Below, piece by piece: positions 61,961 through 64,000 of a stretch of DNA of 64,000 nucleotides; positions within the stretch are counted from its first letter, which is position 1; each line of letters opens with the position of its first letter. The notes under the pieces were generated by a model that saw only the letters and a list, made by a program, of their open reading frames with translations, had not been told where the DNA came from and searched no databases. The stretch is from the NCBI RefSeq assembly GCF_040938485.1, contig NW_027270940.1, forward strand, positions 992,001 to 1,056,000, in the 5' to 3' direction. A program made the position numbers and the translations under genes. Origin of the DNA: Diadema antillarum (lineage: Eukaryota).

Positions 61961-64000
61961 TATTCTGTAAATTCCCAGCATGGTATCACAAATACTTTGC
62001 GTGTGCTAATCTTTCTCCTGGAAGCATTCGGGACGGGGAATGTTGTTATGTATAATGTTTCTTATCTGGCTTCAGATTGCTTTTTCGCCAGCAAAACTGA
62101 ATTCTGAATGTTTTTCACAGTGCAAAGCCTCAAGGCAATAGGAAACAGCTCTTTTGATAAAGATGCAAATACAATAACATGAAAAATGGTAAAAGTAAGA
62201 CTTATCAGAATCTATGTCTTCTTTTCGTATGAACTTGACGCCGACGAAAAGGATGTTTGCATTGGTCTACTGATGCATCTGTTATAGTGTAATTGAAAAG
62301 TGAGTTAAGGCCTTTTTTTCTTCTTTTTTGTATCTAGCTACGAATCACAATGTTTTATATTTTTCAGAAAGTCACTGGGAGAAACCGCGCAAAAATGTGG
62401 CAAAATCCACTTTTGTACAAATCAGCATGGTCATTTATTATACTTACGTTCCGTTGCTCATTGATAAACATGCCTTCACCAAAAGTTTCACAACAAAAGA
62501 CAAAAGTATCGACGAAACATGGAGGCAAATCATCACATGTAAAAAAAAAATGTTTGAATAAAAAAATCTGCTCAATGATTTAAGACCAATGCTGTCCGTG
62601 ATTGCACATCACTGAAGGATTTTAAACGGTCCCTTTCTGAAGTGGTTTTGTCCACCTGTGTAAACGCATCTATATATTTTTTTTCTGATATACATGAAAT
62701 GTATCTACACATCTCAAGAAAGTGAATTTTGCCTTGAGATTTTGTATAATATTGCATTATAAAACAATATTTCATATTTAATTTTATATTTATATAATAT
62801 GTAATCTTCTACTCTCTTTTCTTTCTTACCTCTTTATAACTGGTCCCCATGGAAGATCAGCGGCACCAGAAACGTGCAGCTGATTATAATGGGCTATCCA
62901 TCGCAGCCGTTATCTTTCTCTAATCCTATACATTCTATTCTTTTTCGTATATCGATGATGTGTCACAATAATCATTTTTGCTATGTATGTATGTTTCATT
63001 TTATGCATGATGTTTCATTTTCCTTGTACCTTATGTTGTCTTTTATATCTGTATGTATGTTTATGACGGAAGTAAAACAAACAAACTAATTTTGTGTACC
63101 ATAAGCACACTTTGGACGCTATATGAGATTTCAGATAAGTGGAATGATAGATCAAAAAAGTATTGCAATACAGACACAGGTAAGCATTGAACATGAAGCA
63201 AAATTATTAGATTATACATGACCTCAGGAGATATTTTACACAATTCGTGTCACATGAACATGTTCAGACGTTTCAAAAATGATATGAAGAAAATGCAATG
63301 TGAGTAGTACAGTACTTTTAATCAATGAATATTTATGCAACTGTTGTAGGTGAAAGGATAATCATCAAGGTTGTGAATGGTATTATTCCAACATTTTGCC
63401 CTTAAACTCAAGGTTGCAGACATGACATATAACGTTCTACAGGTTGTATACATTGGCATCTGAAAGTATAAACTTGAGTGTACACGGTCGTAATTTGAAT
63501 AGATTTACAAGATGTAAATCTATGCAGATCTTTAGCGACTTAGTCCTGAGTGTTACATATACTACATTGATGATTCTTAGTAGCTGAATCAAGGCCACAG
63601 GCAACAAGGGGTCATTTACATGATGTAATATACGGGCTCAGGCAAAATGGCGACCATTTTGCACGTGATTTTATGCAAATATATGCAAAAACTATATATA
63701 GGGATGTTTGAAAGTTAATAAAGATATCATAATTGTATTCTAAAAACATAGGTTTAGAACCGGGATGTATACTTTCTGCGGGTTACATGTCCCGAGATAT
63801 AGGCGTAGATAGGTTGCATGGCGGCAATTTTGAATTTATGCAAATTAGGCACTGATTCACCACTCGAATCTTAGGGAACTTTTGATATGTTATTACATTA
63901 GCTCTTCCAGGTAAAATGCAAGTGGATTCGTTTCTGTTGCAGTTAGTTGGGGGTTATTGTCGACATTGTCGTACTGGACTAATGGGTCGTTTGCCTCAAC

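Noticed and set aside
63600-64000. Motifs resembling DNA-transposon subtermini (GGCGGCAATTTTGAATTTATGCAAATTAG)
   Set aside because: Truncated by the window edge, with no TIR/TSD pair to support a call.

Overview
AT-rich, repeat-dense eukaryotic genomic DNA with spliceosomal introns. It is probably an echinoderm such as a sea urchin (inference from gene and transposon content). No prokaryotic systems, CRISPR arrays, rRNA or tRNA genes are supported. There are two host genes, both on the minus strand. (1) An 11-exon, 32-kb gene (45868 to 13711), mostly invisible in the ORF track, which I spliced by hand from GT/AG sites and exon phases. It encodes signal peptide - IgV - Ig - transmembrane helix - Cys-rich linker - NACHT - LRR-like repeats: a membrane-anchored NLR with an Ig ectodomain and no death-fold domain. 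This copy has an in-frame TAA late in the NACHT exon and a probable 1-bp frameshift in the last exon, so it is a pseudogene/null allele or makes an LRR-less product. (2) An intronless RING-less TRIM-like gene (B-boxes, coiled coil, probable beta-propeller; 52227 to 50437) 4.6 kb upstream in the same orientation. The rest is a layered transposon landscape: a decayed Sola2-like transposon nested in a MITE whose empty twin is in the same window, a near-intact L2-clade LINE, L1/Tx1, RTE and L2 fragments, a non-autonomous CMC/EnSpm-like element, piggyBac-, Kolobok-, Harbinger- and Tc1-type MITEs, two DINE-1-like Helentron derivatives, foldback elements with a C(GAA)G mini-hairpin, and a 941-bp tandem duplication. 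All family assignments come from motif recognition without database searches.
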